64,000 bases of DNA, from NCBI GenBank assembly GCA_963793135.1, contig CAWBYX010000028.1, positions 32,765-96,764 on the forward strand. The letters run 5' to 3'. Below, piece after piece: positions 48,252 to 57,364 of the stretch. The number at the start of each line of letters is the position of its first letter. The first letter of the stretch is position 1. The notes below the pieces were generated by a model, which saw nothing but the letters and a program-made list of their open reading frames with translations, made no database searches and was not told the DNA's origin. The position numbers and the translations under genes were made by a program. This DNA is from an uncultured Verrucomicrobiae bacterium. Its GTDB lineage: Bacteria > Verrucomicrobiota > Verrucomicrobiia > Chthoniobacterales > JAFAMB01.

Positions 48252-49511
48252 TTAAAACGTTCCAATGTCGCGGCGGAAATAGCTTCCGTCGAATTCGATC
48301 TTATCGAGTGCATCGTAGGCTCGCTCCCTGGCTGCCAACAGCGTGTCGCCAACCGCGGTGACACCCAGAACGCGGCCGCCCGAGGTAAGGATCCGATTCT
48401 CATTCATCCGTGTGCCGGCGTGGAAAACGATGACATCGTCCTTCCGGTCGAGATGCTCCAATCCGGCAATCGTTTTTCCGACGTTATATTGGCCGGGATA
48501 GCCGCCGGAAGCCATCACGATGCAAACGGCGGGACGGATGTCCCATTGTACGGTGGCCGTAGCAAGCTGTTCCGTGATCGTGGCTTCGAGAAGATCGACA
48601 AGGTCCGTTTTGAGTCTTGGCATGAGAACCTGGGTCTCCGGATCCCCAAACCGGCAATTAAATTCCAGCACGCGTGGGCCATCCTTCGTAAGCATCAACC
48701 CGGGAAAGAGCAGCCCGCGAAACCGGAGATGATCTTTTTGGATGCCGCGCATAAAGGGTTCCAGGACCGTCTCCCGAATTTCCCGCAAAAGAGCTGCGTC
48801 CAACCGTTGCGAAGGGCTGAAGGCTCCCATACCTCCAGTATTCGGCCCGAGATTCCCGTCATAGAGCTGTTTATGATCCTGTGCAGTGGGGAAGAGGATG
48901 TAGGAGTGCCCATCCACGAGCGCATGGACCGAGCACTCGGGGCCGGAAAGAAATTCTTCGATCACTACTTTCCGTCCTGCATCTCCAAAGCGACGCCGCT
49001 CGATCATATCGTCGATCGCTGCTTCGGCTTCGGAGCGGTCCTGCGCGATGACGACCCCCTTCCCGAGAGCCAAGCCATCCGCTTTGACTGCGAGAGGAAA
49101 TCCAAATTCGCCCAGGGAGGCCTTCGCATCCCGCGACGATTCGAATTCGCGGAAGCGCGCGGTCGGAATTCCGTGACGAACCATAAATCGTTTGGCAAAA
49201 CTCTTGGACGATTCTAACCTGGCTGCTTCTCTGCAGGGGCCGAAGATACGCTGGCCGGCGGCTTCAAACAGATCGACAATCCCCGCCGCAAGAACGTCAT
49301 CCGGACCTACGACGGTGAGATCGATCGCCTCCCGTCGCGCGAAATTCAGCAGCTGATCCAGTTCAGAGAGTTTGATGTCGACGTTCCGGCCGAGCTGCGC
49401 GGTCCCGGCATTTCCGGGTGCGATAAAAACCTGTTTGACTCGCGGAGATTGACGAAGCTTCCAGGCAAGCGCGTGTTCGCGGCCGCCACTGCCGATCACC
49501 AGAACGTTCAT
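48252..49511 (-). CDS. purD: phosphoribosylamine--glycine ligase
   Basis: MNVLVIGSGGREHALAWKL... Full-length 419-aa ATP-grasp PurD pattern. Confidence 0.95.
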   Translation of the reverse strand: MNVLVIGSGGREHALAWKLRQSPRVKQVFIAPGNAGTAQLGRNVDIKLSELDQLLNFARREAIDLTVVGPDDVLAAGIVDLFEAAGQRIFGPCREAARLESSKSFAKRFMVRHGIPTARFREFESSRDAKASLGEFGFPLAVKADGLALGKGVVIAQDRSEAEAAIDDMIERRRFGDAGRKVVIEEFLSGPECSVHALVDGHSYILFPTAQDHKQLYDGNLGPNTGGMGAFSPSQRLDAALLREIRETVLEPFMRGIQKDHLRFRGLLFPGLMLTKDGPRVLEFNCRFGDPETQVLMPRLKTDLVDLLEATITEQLATATVQWDIRPAVCIVMASGGYPGQYNVGKTIAGLEHLDRKDDVIVFHAGTRMNENRILTSGGRVLGVTAVGDTLLAARERAYDALDKIEFDGSYFRRDIGTF

Positions 49512-49521
49512 GAAGAGCTCT

Positions 49522-50214
49522 TTACCGCATGGAGGGCACGAAAACAGTCGTGGTGGCTGGCAGCTGTGACACCGTTAGGGTGAACCGATTCCCTACATGA
49601 ACCACGTTCGCCCGATAGCTCCCTCCGCCCGTCGAGACAATAATCCGGGGACGAAGCCGGTCGATCGTTAGCCGGCGTTTCTCCTCGTTGAAATTTTTCC
49701 CCCCGCCCTCCGGTATAAAGAGGACGTCGACTCGACCGATATTCAACGCTTCCGATGGGGTCACGGCATCTTCGATCGCGCCCAGAGTGCAGAACCTGAT
49801 GCCGTCCATCGACCAAGTGTAGGCGACATTGAGTTGAGTCGGCATAACCAGATTTTCCGAGCTCGTCTGAATTCCGCGAATCAGCACTCCGCTGGCCCGG
49901 TTCACTCCGCCGGCCATTGAGCTTCGAAAGATAATCGGCGAACCGCTCACCAGGTCCGTGAAGTTCGCGTTTGGGTCTTCATGTGTGATCAGGATGATGT
50001 CTGCGGGGACAGTCGCGACTTTAGTCGCGTGGGGGTCGAATGGATCCGTAATAATCGTCAGGCCAATCGACGAGGTCACTCGAAAACAACCATGTCCCAG
50101 CCATTCGATTGTCACCTCACGCGGTCCCATGTAAGCCGATTCGTGTTCTTTGTGTCGCGACCAGCAGCCGGCCAGGGTCAGGACTGCTAAAATAAGGCAA
50201 ATACTTCGATACAT
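49522..50214 (-). CDS. MBL-fold metallo-hydrolase lipoprotein
   Basis: Lipobox LTLAGC (ATG at 50214). IEWLGHGCFRVTSS.GLTIITDPF. Confidence 0.7.
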   Translation of the reverse strand: MYRSICLILAVLTLAGCWSRHKEHESAYMGPREVTIEWLGHGCFRVTSSIGLTIITDPFDPHATKVATVPADIILITHEDPNANFTDLVSGSPIIFRSSMAGGVNRASGVLIRGIQTSSENLVMPTQLNVAYTWSMDGIRFCTLGAIEDAVTPSEALNIGRVDVLFIPEGGGKNFNEEKRRLTIDRLRPRIIVSTGGGSYRANVVHVGNRFTLTVSQLPATTTVFVPSMR

Positions 50215-50287
50215 GCTTGAGCGTGGGGATGTTGCGTTGGAAGGCCAGAGTGACACATCGCGATCCAACGTTCAAGGCTCCCGATTA

Positions 50288-50412
50288 GTGTCAGTGCCAG
50301 TGCCAGTGTCAGGAAAGAGAAGACTGCGGTCGGCAGCGGGCAGCGTTAAAAATGGAACGTCAGCGTCTCTTTCCTGACACTGACACTGGCACTGACACTG
50401 ACACTGACACTG
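50288..50412. repeat. hexamer-armed inverted repeat (CAGTGY)n
   Basis: GTGTCAGTGCCAGTGCCAGTGTCAGGAAAGAGA, about 45 nt, then TCTCTTTCCTGACACTGACACTGGCACTGACACTGACACTGACACTG. Confidence 0.85.
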
Positions 50413-50428
50413 CTTCAGGGCACTGGCA

Positions 50429-51232
50429 CTATTCCCAGGAATGGCGCAAGGCGGATATGCCTCCCGCTTTGGTGTTCCAGTGGAAAGAGTCATTGATAGC
50501 GCGAGTAATGTAACTCTTCGCGACCGTGACAGCCTCTCTCAGCGGCAGGCCGAGCGCCAGATTCGCAGTGATTGCCGCGGACAAGGTACAGCCGGTTCCG
50601 TGAGTAGAAACGCCTTGGCGATATGGTTCGGAGAATTCATGGATCCCGTCGGAATCGATTAACAGGTCTACGGCCTGAGCCGATCTGAGATGGCCCCCTT
50701 TCAGGAGGAAGGGGACACGATGGACCTTGTAGAGTTCGACTGCGGCTTCCCGCATTTGCGAGAGCGTCTCCAGCTTGGTGCCGAGGATCGCCGCCGCCTC
50801 ATCCAGATTCGGAGTCACGAGATCTGCGAGCGGAAAGATCCGAGACTTGTATCGCTCTAAGGCGAAGGGCTGAAGCAATGGATCACCTGAAGTGGCAATC
50901 ATCACAGGATCGACAACCAGGAAAGGTCGCTTGTTCTGTGGAAGCGCCTCGAAGAGATCACAGACCACATCGATCGTTTCGCGGTTGTAAAGCATGCCGG
51001 TCTTGATCGCCACCACCGGGAAATGGGTCAGGGTCAGGTGAAGCTGGTCCTGAACTACACTCGGCTCGACGGCTTGTATCGAAAGGACCTTTCCAGGCAC
51101 TTCGGCGACTATACAGGTCACGACCGTCGCCGCGTACACTTTGAAGTGGGTAAATGTTTTCAGGTCGGCCTGAATTCCGGCGCCCCCGGAGTTATCCGAC
51201 CCAGCAATACTGACCGCAACAGGTGTTTCCAT
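50429..51232 (-). CDS. thiD: hydroxymethylpyrimidine/phosphomethylpyrimidine kinase
   Basis: VSIAGSDNSGGAGIQADLKTF...GTGCTLSAAI. ATG at 51232. Confidence 0.9.
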   Translation of the reverse strand: METPVAVSIAGSDNSGGAGIQADLKTFTHFKVYAATVVTCIVAEVPGKVLSIQAVEPSVVQDQLHLTLTHFPVVAIKTGMLYNRETIDVVCDLFEALPQNKRPFLVVDPVMIATSGDPLLQPFALERYKSRIFPLADLVTPNLDEAAAILGTKLETLSQMREAAVELYKVHRVPFLLKGGHLRSAQAVDLLIDSDGIHEFSEPYRQGVSTHGTGCTLSAAITANLALGLPLREAVTVAKSYITRAINDSFHWNTKAGGISALRHSWE

Positions 51233-51254
51233 AGAAAGAGACTTTTCGTTCAAC

Positions 51255-51659
51255 ATGGCGCATTGTAGGCACGTGAGCGTAGCGTTTCGGGAACTGGCCA
51301 ATCTCCGTGTGATTATCGACAAGATTGTCTACGTGCAGACACTCGAGGCGCCCCCGGACCGACCGTATCCATTTGTTTACTTTATCACGATTGACAATCA
51401 GTCGGTCGAAACGGTAACGATCAGAGGCCGCAAATGGGTTATAACCGATCAAGCCGGTCAGAAGATTGTGGTCGAAGGAGACGGCGTCGTGGGCGAGTAC
51501 CCGCGTTTGCGGCCGGGAGAACGGTTCTCCTACAACAGCTATCACGTTATCGGTTTGGACAGTGTGGCAGAAGGTTCCTTCATTGGACTCACGGACGAGG
51601 GGGTGCCCTTTGTGGTGCGTATCCCTCCGTTCAAGATGGAGGTGCCGACTACAGGGTAG
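51255..51659 (+). CDS. apaG: ApaG (DUF525) protein
   Basis: YPFVYFITIDNQS...VTIRGRKWVITDQAG...VEGDGVVGEYPRLRPGERFSYNS. Confidence 0.85.
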   Translation: MAHCRHVSVAFRELANLRVIIDKIVYVQTLEAPPDRPYPFVYFITIDNQSVETVTIRGRKWVITDQAGQKIVVEGDGVVGEYPRLRPGERFSYNSYHVIGLDSVAEGSFIGLTDEGVPFVVRIPPFKMEVPTTG

Positions 51660-51711
51660 TGGCGGCTGCTCCACCGCCTCCTCCATCCCTTAGCGTTTCG
51701 GGAGGCGTAGA

Positions 51712-52305
51712 CTAACCACAAACAACCGCGTCCATTTTCACGTCGTGCGATTCTTGAGGAACCTCGGAAACTCTTTGAAACTCAAAACAGACGCCGACTT
51801 TGACCGTGGTTGCGGGAATCCCGGAGAGAAATCGATCGTAAAATCCCGCGCCCCGACCGAGTCGATCTCCCTCGGCGGTAAATGCCAGCCCGGGCACGAC
51901 GATGAGATCCAACTGCGCCAAAGCCGGACCTTCCGTCGGCTCGCGGATGCCAAATCGCCCAGGCACAAGTTCCGAGAGGGCCGAGACTGGCCGAAACGAG
52001 AGGGTGCCCCCTTCGCATCGAGGGTAGCTGACCAAATGAGAGGCCAAAAGGCCAAGATTCCACAAAAGATCCAGGTTGGGTTCCGTAAGTGTCGGGGCAA
52101 ACAAGGCAAGAACCTTCTTTCCGATAAAGAGGGGGTGAAGTTGTTCACAAATCCGCAGGGATCTCCCGTGCCGTTCGCCTGGAGAGATTGTCTTCAGATG
52201 TTCGCGGATGCTATCTCGCCAGCGAGATTTGTCGTAAAATGGCGATCTGGGATTTACCATTGTGACGCAATTCAATAGGGACTTGTCTGTCGTGTCGAAA
52301 ATCAC
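51712..52305 (-). CDS. 5-formyltetrahydrofolate cyclo-ligase
   Basis: ...LVPGRFGIREP...LDLIVVPGLAFTAEGDRLGRGAGFYDRFL. The true start may be the ATG at 52260. Confidence 0.85.
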   Translation of the reverse strand: MIFDTTDKSLLNCVTMVNPRSPFYDKSRWRDSIREHLKTISPGERHGRSLRICEQLHPLFIGKKVLALFAPTLTEPNLDLLWNLGLLASHLVSYPRCEGGTLSFRPVSALSELVPGRFGIREPTEGPALAQLDLIVVPGLAFTAEGDRLGRGAGFYDRFLSGIPATTVKVGVCFEFQRVSEVPQESHDVKMDAVVCG

Positions 52306-53194
52306 CAGGAATCAAGGGCATCGCGTCAGTTTAAAACCTGGCAAAGGCTGGCTTCGGCGAAACTTTTTTACCGAGGTTTATTTACCCTCTCTCTTTACGC
52401 GTCGAAAGGGAATAGCGCATCAACCGGATTTTCCCGAGCTGACATCCGAACAGATTTGTCTCACCTGGATCGGTCATGCCTCTTTTTTAATCGGTTGGCG
52501 TGGACTAAATATATTGGTCGATCCACTCTGGTCGCTCTGGCTGAAAGTCATCAAGCGGCTGCGTCGTCCGGGGCTTCCGTTGCGTTATCTGCCAGCGATT
52601 GACCTCGTGCTGGTAACGCACGCCCATTTCGATCATCTGGACAGAAAGACTCTCCGGCGGATCTCCTCCTTTCAGCCCATTATCGTCCCGAGCGGAGTTG
52701 GGAATTTAGTGCAAGACCTGGGATTTAACCGGGTCCATGAGCTGGATTCCTGGCAAACACTGAAGATCGGAGATATCGCGGTGACACTGACTCCGTGCCA
52801 TCACTGGGGTGCTCGAGTTCTCCACGATAATCACCGAGGTTTCGGCGGATTTCATTTGGAACTTGGTGGCAGGAGCATCTTCCACTGTGGCGATAGCGCC
52901 TATTTTCCGGGTTTTGCTGAGATCGGGCAACGCTTGCAGACGGAGATCGCTTTATTGCCAATCGGGGCGTACGATCCGCCAACCCGGAGGGAGGTGCACA
53001 TGAATCCCGAGCAAGCCATTCGGGCCTTCACGGAGTTGAACGCGCGCATCATGGTTCCGATGCATTACGGGTCATTTCGACTGAGTTTCGAGCCGCCAGA
53101 GGAGCCGCTGCGCTGGTTGCGCGCTGCCATCCAACGTCATCACATTGAAGAAAGAGTCGTGGTCATGGAGGAAGGTATTCCCACCGTGTTCTGA
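52262..53194 (+). CDS. MBL-fold metallo-hydrolase (NAPE-PLD-like)
   Basis: LTWIGHASFLI...LVDPLWS and VTHAHFDHLD (HxHxDH). GTG start. Confidence 0.8.
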   Translation: MTQFNRDLSVVSKITRNQGHRVSLKPGKGWLRRNFFTEVYLPSLFTRRKGIAHQPDFPELTSEQICLTWIGHASFLIGWRGLNILVDPLWSLWLKVIKRLRRPGLPLRYLPAIDLVLVTHAHFDHLDRKTLRRISSFQPIIVPSGVGNLVQDLGFNRVHELDSWQTLKIGDIAVTLTPCHHWGARVLHDNHRGFGGFHLELGGRSIFHCGDSAYFPGFAEIGQRLQTEIALLPIGAYDPPTRREVHMNPEQAIRAFTELNARIMVPMHYGSFRLSFEPPEEPLRWLRAAIQRHHIEERVVVMEEGIPTVF

Positions 53195-53431
53195 GCATTG
53201 GGAGTTTTCAGTTTTTATGAACTGTGACTGCACTGACTTGGCGCACCCAGCGGGCTGGACGCTTTTCGCCGGGAACGATGATGCGGAAAGCAGAACGCTC
53301 GAGACAAAGCGCTTCCCCAAAAAGCTCATTTTCATAGGGTTACTTCTCGCCCACCCTCCATTGCTGATCAAAGACACAGTGGGGATGTAGGTCCCTGTTG
53401 CGCAATCCAGGGCGGGTGAGGAGAATGCGGA

Positions 53432-53647
53432 ATGGAACAATCGATCCGGAACGAAATACCCGGCACCGTGAAAGAAATCATTTCGGACAAGGTGTTGAGT
53501 GAAATCATCGTCGAGACTGCTGTCGGGGATGTGGCCGCTATCATCACCACGCGATCGGTGAACGACATGGGGCTGAAGGTAGGCGACCAAGTCGCGGCCC
53601 TGGTCAAGGCCACCAATGTCTCCGTCCGCCGCCAAGGTGAACGGTAG
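53432..53647 (+). CDS. TOBE/Mop molybdopterin-binding domain protein
   Basis: 71 aa. SIRNEIPGTVKEI...VGDQVAALVKATNVSV is the single-TOBE-domain pattern. Confidence 0.8.
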   Translation: MEQSIRNEIPGTVKEIISDKVLSEIIVETAVGDVAAIITTRSVNDMGLKVGDQVAALVKATNVSVRRQGER

Positions 53648-53780
53648 TTCGCAGTTTTTGCTCGATCCGATGGCATCGTAAGCAGAAAATGCCCATCGCG
53701 AAAATGGGACGCTCTCGAAGGCGGCGTAAAATGATCGAGCGAGAATTTGTGGGGTTGACGTTGTCCGGTCAGGCCAAGCG

Positions 53781-53813
53781 GAAGCCCCGGCTCAGGCGGA
53801 GCTTCGCCCTACC
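53781..53813 (+). repeat. REP unit GAAGCCCCGGCTCAGGCGGAGCTTCGCCCTACC
   Basis: Same family as 15215-15247, 39995-40026, 40155-40186 and 63750-63782. It forms the hairpin AAGCYCCG/CGGRGCTT. Confidence 0.8.
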
Positions 53814-53904
53814 TTCGCCGGCAGTCGCGGCGAGGCCTTTCACGCGTCAACTTCCTATAAGTTTTTTAAGGGGTTACCCTATTTCCGCTCAGTAAACGGC
53901 ATCC

Positions 53905-55233
53905 TCAACCCTCGAGCTCGGCAGCTGGAATTTCCTCGAATTTAGGCGCGAAAAGATGATTAAGCCCAAACGCCACCAGGTAGGCAAAGGCACAAATGAC
54001 AAATAAGACATTGTAGCCTGCCGTCACATTTCCGGAGGCGGTGAACTTATCCAAAATGAAACCGCAGAAAATGGGAAAAATCATCCCGGCCGTTGAGCCG
54101 GCGGCGCTGCCTAAGCCGATCAGAGATCCAACCGCGCGCTTTGGGAACATATCGGAGGCCGTGGAGTAAAGACTCGCCGACCACGCCTGGTGCGCGGATC
54201 CTGCCAGCCCAATCAAGAAGACTGCGGCCCAGTCGCTGACATGGGTGACAAACAAGATCGGGACCACGCAGAGGGCAAAAATGAACATGGCCGTCTTTCG
54301 AGCGCGCGTGACGCTCCAACCGAGCTTCATCAAGTAACCGGGAAACCAACCGCCAAGATTGCTGAGCACAGTAATGATCAAGTAGATGGTCGCCAGATGC
54401 ATCCAGCTATGCGCTATGTCGAGGTTACGCGTCTTCTTGAAATAATCGGGCAGCCAAATCAGAAAGAACCACCAAACGGGGTCGGTCATGAATCGGCCGA
54501 CGATAATCGACCAGGCTTGCCGGAATCTGAACAGCCGCAGCCAGGGGATCTTCCCGGCGCCTTCATCATGAGATTCATCACGGTCACTTTGAATGTAAGC
54601 GAGTTCGTCCGCACTGAGACGCTTCTGGCGCTCTGGTACTTGGTAAAGTGGAAACCAGAACGCCAACCAGATCAACCCGGCCACGCCCGCCACGATGAAT
54701 GCCATCTGCCAGCCCCAGGTTAAAGCGATCCATGGAATCACAATCGGGGCAATGATTGGTCCGAAGTTTGAGCCCGAATTAAATAAACTCGTCGCCAAAG
54801 TCCGTTCTTTTTTTGGAAACCAGAGCGCTACCGTTTTAATGGATGAGGGGAAATTACCGGCTTCACTTATTCCCAAACACATTCTGGCCACGAAAAATCC
54901 GCCTATGCTGGTTACGAGGGCATGTCCCATCGCCGCGAGACTCCAGCCCGTGATGGAAATGGCGTAACCGATTTTGGTTCCTAATCGATCGACCAAGTAT
55001 CCGAAGATGAGTCCGCCAATGGCGTACGCGCCCTGGAAGGCAGAATTCACTTCCCCGAACTGCTCGTTGCTCCAATGCAGTTGACCATCGAGGATCGGCT
55101 TTAACAGGGAGAGAATCTGCCTGTCCATGTAGTTGACAGTCGTCGCGAAGAACAACAACCCGCAAATGACCCAACGATAGCGGCCGCTGGTGGTGGCGGG
55201 AATTCCGGATTTGGATTTCAGTTCTTGTAGCAT
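53905..55233 (-). CDS. MFS transporter, probable hexuronate transporter (ExuT-like, ACS family)
   Basis: 442-aa 12-TMS ORF (YRWVICGLLFFATTVNYMDRQILS...), immediately downstream of the uxaE-like gene in the uxaC/SDR/uxaE-like cluster. Confidence 0.7.
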   Translation of the reverse strand: MLQELKSKSGIPATTSGRYRWVICGLLFFATTVNYMDRQILSLLKPILDGQLHWSNEQFGEVNSAFQGAYAIGGLIFGYLVDRLGTKIGYAISITGWSLAAMGHALVTSIGGFFVARMCLGISEAGNFPSSIKTVALWFPKKERTLATSLFNSGSNFGPIIAPIVIPWIALTWGWQMAFIVAGVAGLIWLAFWFPLYQVPERQKRLSADELAYIQSDRDESHDEGAGKIPWLRLFRFRQAWSIIVGRFMTDPVWWFFLIWLPDYFKKTRNLDIAHSWMHLATIYLIITVLSNLGGWFPGYLMKLGWSVTRARKTAMFIFALCVVPILFVTHVSDWAAVFLIGLAGSAHQAWSASLYSTASDMFPKRAVGSLIGLGSAAGSTAGMIFPIFCGFILDKFTASGNVTAGYNVLFVICAFAYLVAFGLNHLFAPKFEEIPAAELEG

Positions 55234-55360
55234 TTTTACCTTCTAGCAAACTCTCAGTTCCCCATGCAGACGCCCGCGTCGTCCTCGATTAAAGGCCATG
55301 CCGCACCCCATGGTTGAACACTGTCTCTTGACCAGGGATGCCCTTCCCCGGGAGCCCTTT

Positions 55361-56605
55361 TCATCCAAAGATCGGTCGCAGATGGCGATCAAAAAGATTT
55401 TCCGTAACGTTCCGGCCGACGATCTGTTCGTTGGCTTCTAAAGCGTCTGTAAACCGCTTGCCCATGCCGGCAGCGACCTTGAAACCGACGTGCAACAGCT
55501 GCCGGAAATGCGGATTGTAATGAGGAGATGATTCCACATGGCGCAGCGCGTCAGCATATTGAGTGGAACTCCAACTCATAACAGATTTGGGCTCTGGCAG
55601 TTTCCCCGGGTCAATATCGATCACCGTGCTGTAGGGAGCTGCTAATTCCTCAAAATGTTCGCGGGCCTGGGCATACACTTCTTTAACAAGTTCCAACCCT
55701 TCGCCGCCCGATTCAGCCAATCCGATCACTTCTTCGAGCCAGGTGGTTCCTGCTGTTTTGACGTGTAAACCGGAGTCATGTTTTTTGATCAGCCGGTTAA
55801 TGATGGAGTAAATGGAAAACTTGTCGCTCCCGGAATGCACGCTGAGCTTAAGGGTATCGGCTAGCCCAAATTCGCGGATGGCGAAGGCGATGACACTGAG
55901 GTCTTCATCGAATTCCTTCTCGAATTGGGTCAGATCCCCTACGTAATCGACCCCTTTGTTAAACCGTCCGGTAAATTTAGGGGCGATGGTTTGGACCGGG
56001 ATACCTTCCCCGGCGATCATGGCCAGAATGAGGAATAGCTCCACCGGGTTTTGCGGCGCATCGGTCTCGTCGACGGAGACTTCGGTGACAAAGCTCTCCC
56101 GCCCTTTCCTTTCCTCGATGTGCCGGAAGATACGACCTGCCTCTTGCACAGCGAGCAGAAATTTGTTGGCAGCCCCCCGCACGGTTTCCTCGGTCAGATG
56201 AAAGGGGCGGTCAATCCCCGGAATGGCGAGAGAGCCGGTGTAGCGGCGCACTGCCTTCGAGAAAGCATGGACGGCGTCGTCTGCGGCTGGTTTCCCGGTG
56301 AAATCTGCTACGTCGAGGGTAAAAAAGTCACTTCCTGGAATAAATCCGTCGACCGTTTTCAAGCCAATGTGATCGGCATCGACATGGTAAGCCCCCTTCC
56401 AACCCAACGCAGCCACGGCGGAGTCGGCTTCTGCCCTGACGTCATCGGGTTTGCTATGGATGATCATATGCTCGCGATTGGATTTGTTCCAAACCGGGTG
56501 AACATCGATCCCCAAGTCACGGGCTTTCAAGAGGGCCTGGAGTTGGGCTCGACCCTGGTGCGCGAACCGGTCACCGATGCCAAAGGTGTATTTTTCGATT
56601 TTCAC
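55361..56605 (-). CDS. tagaturonate/fructuronate epimerase-like protein (UxaE family)
   Basis: FGIGDRFAHQGRAQLQA...VWNKSNREH...YHVDADHI matches my recollection of UxaE-family proteins. The context also fits. Confidence 0.55.
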   Translation of the reverse strand: MKIEKYTFGIGDRFAHQGRAQLQALLKARDLGIDVHPVWNKSNREHMIIHSKPDDVRAEADSAVAALGWKGAYHVDADHIGLKTVDGFIPGSDFFTLDVADFTGKPAADDAVHAFSKAVRRYTGSLAIPGIDRPFHLTEETVRGAANKFLLAVQEAGRIFRHIEERKGRESFVTEVSVDETDAPQNPVELFLILAMIAGEGIPVQTIAPKFTGRFNKGVDYVGDLTQFEKEFDEDLSVIAFAIREFGLADTLKLSVHSGSDKFSIYSIINRLIKKHDSGLHVKTAGTTWLEEVIGLAESGGEGLELVKEVYAQAREHFEELAAPYSTVIDIDPGKLPEPKSVMSWSSTQYADALRHVESSPHYNPHFRQLLHVGFKVAAGMGKRFTDALEANEQIVGRNVTENLFDRHLRPIFG

Positions 56606-56683
56606 AGTAAGCAGAGGGGGATAGGCTCAGTTGGAGCCGGAAATTAGGTCTTACCACTTGACCATCTCTGGGGAGAATGTCAA

Positions 56684-56720
56684 GACAGGATTCAGGAGCA
56701 AGGATTCAGAATTCAGGAGC
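56684..56720. repeat. left heptamer arm of the four-helix-bundle cassette
   Basis: ACAGGATTCAGGAGCAAGGATTCAGAATTCAGGAGC, inverse-complementary in unit type to 57304-57364. Confidence 0.75.
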
Positions 56721-56940
56721 TGTACGGTCGGGGGCGCGTATAGCAACTAGCGCCAGCGGACCTCGCTATCGCGGAGAAGTCAGGAGCACTGCGCGGGTGC
56801 AAGCGAGTGAAGATTGGAGAAGAAACTCAACGTCAAATAGAGAAGATAGAAGTTGCAAAACATGGAACGTGCGGCACACTTAGCAAGCAATATAGAAACA
56901 CATATTTATAATGTTATAGACTTAAAACGATTTTTTCGAC

Positions 56941-57309
56941 ATGACCAATCCAGCAAGGACATTCAAGGACCTAATAGTATGGCAAAAGGCTCATCGATTC
57001 GTATTAGCGGCCTATGCACTTACGGCAAACTTTCCGAGATGCGAGATCTATTGCCTGACGAGCCAAATGCGTCGCGCCGCGATTTCCATCCCTGCGAATA
57101 TCGCAGAAGGATTTACGAGGCGTGGGGATCCAGACAAAATACGGTTTCTTAACATGTCGCGGGGCTCCCTGGAAGAATGTCGATATTATATGATTCTCGT
57201 TCAGGATTTGGGATATGGTGTCACCGCTGACATAGAGGTCCTTCTGGAGGAGGTTTCCAAGCTGCTCTCTGCTTACGCAAGCGCTATCGAGTCCAAACGT
57301 TTGTCCTGA
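56941..57309 (+). CDS. four-helix-bundle protein (23S rRNA intervening-sequence protein / Avd-like family)
   Basis: FKDLIVWQKAHRFVLAAY...FPRCEIYCLTSQMRRAAISIPANIAEGFTRRG...FLNMSRGSLEECRYYMIL is the canonical pattern of this family. Confidence 0.85.
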   Translation: MTNPARTFKDLIVWQKAHRFVLAAYALTANFPRCEIYCLTSQMRRAAISIPANIAEGFTRRGDPDKIRFLNMSRGSLEECRYYMILVQDLGYGVTADIEVLLEEVSKLLSAYASAIESKRLS

Positions 57310-57364
57310 GTCCTGAACTCCTGCAACTCCTCGCTCCTGAATCCTGAATCCTGTCTCCTGAATC
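57304..57364. repeat. right heptamer arm of the four-helix-bundle cassette
   Basis: TCCTGAGTCCTGAACTCCTGCAACTCCTCGCTCCTGAATCCTGAATCCTGTCTCCTGAATC. It overlaps the stop codons of both flanking genes. Confidence 0.75.

Noticed and set aside
47829-49217. A 462-aa + strand ORF.
   Set aside because: It lies entirely antisense to purD and the S41 peptidase, has Arg/Gly-rich shadow-frame composition, and has no recognisable motifs.
53195-53431. A possible Moco riboswitch upstream of the Mop/TOBE gene.
   Set aside because: I could not recognise the conserved Moco-motif core by eye. It would need cmscan to settle.
56880-56912. A sigma70-like promoter (TATAAT at 56907-56912) for the four-helix-bundle gene.
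   Set aside because: There is no acceptable -35 at 16-18 bp spacing, and promoter consensus in this lineage is unknown to me. I left it unannotated.
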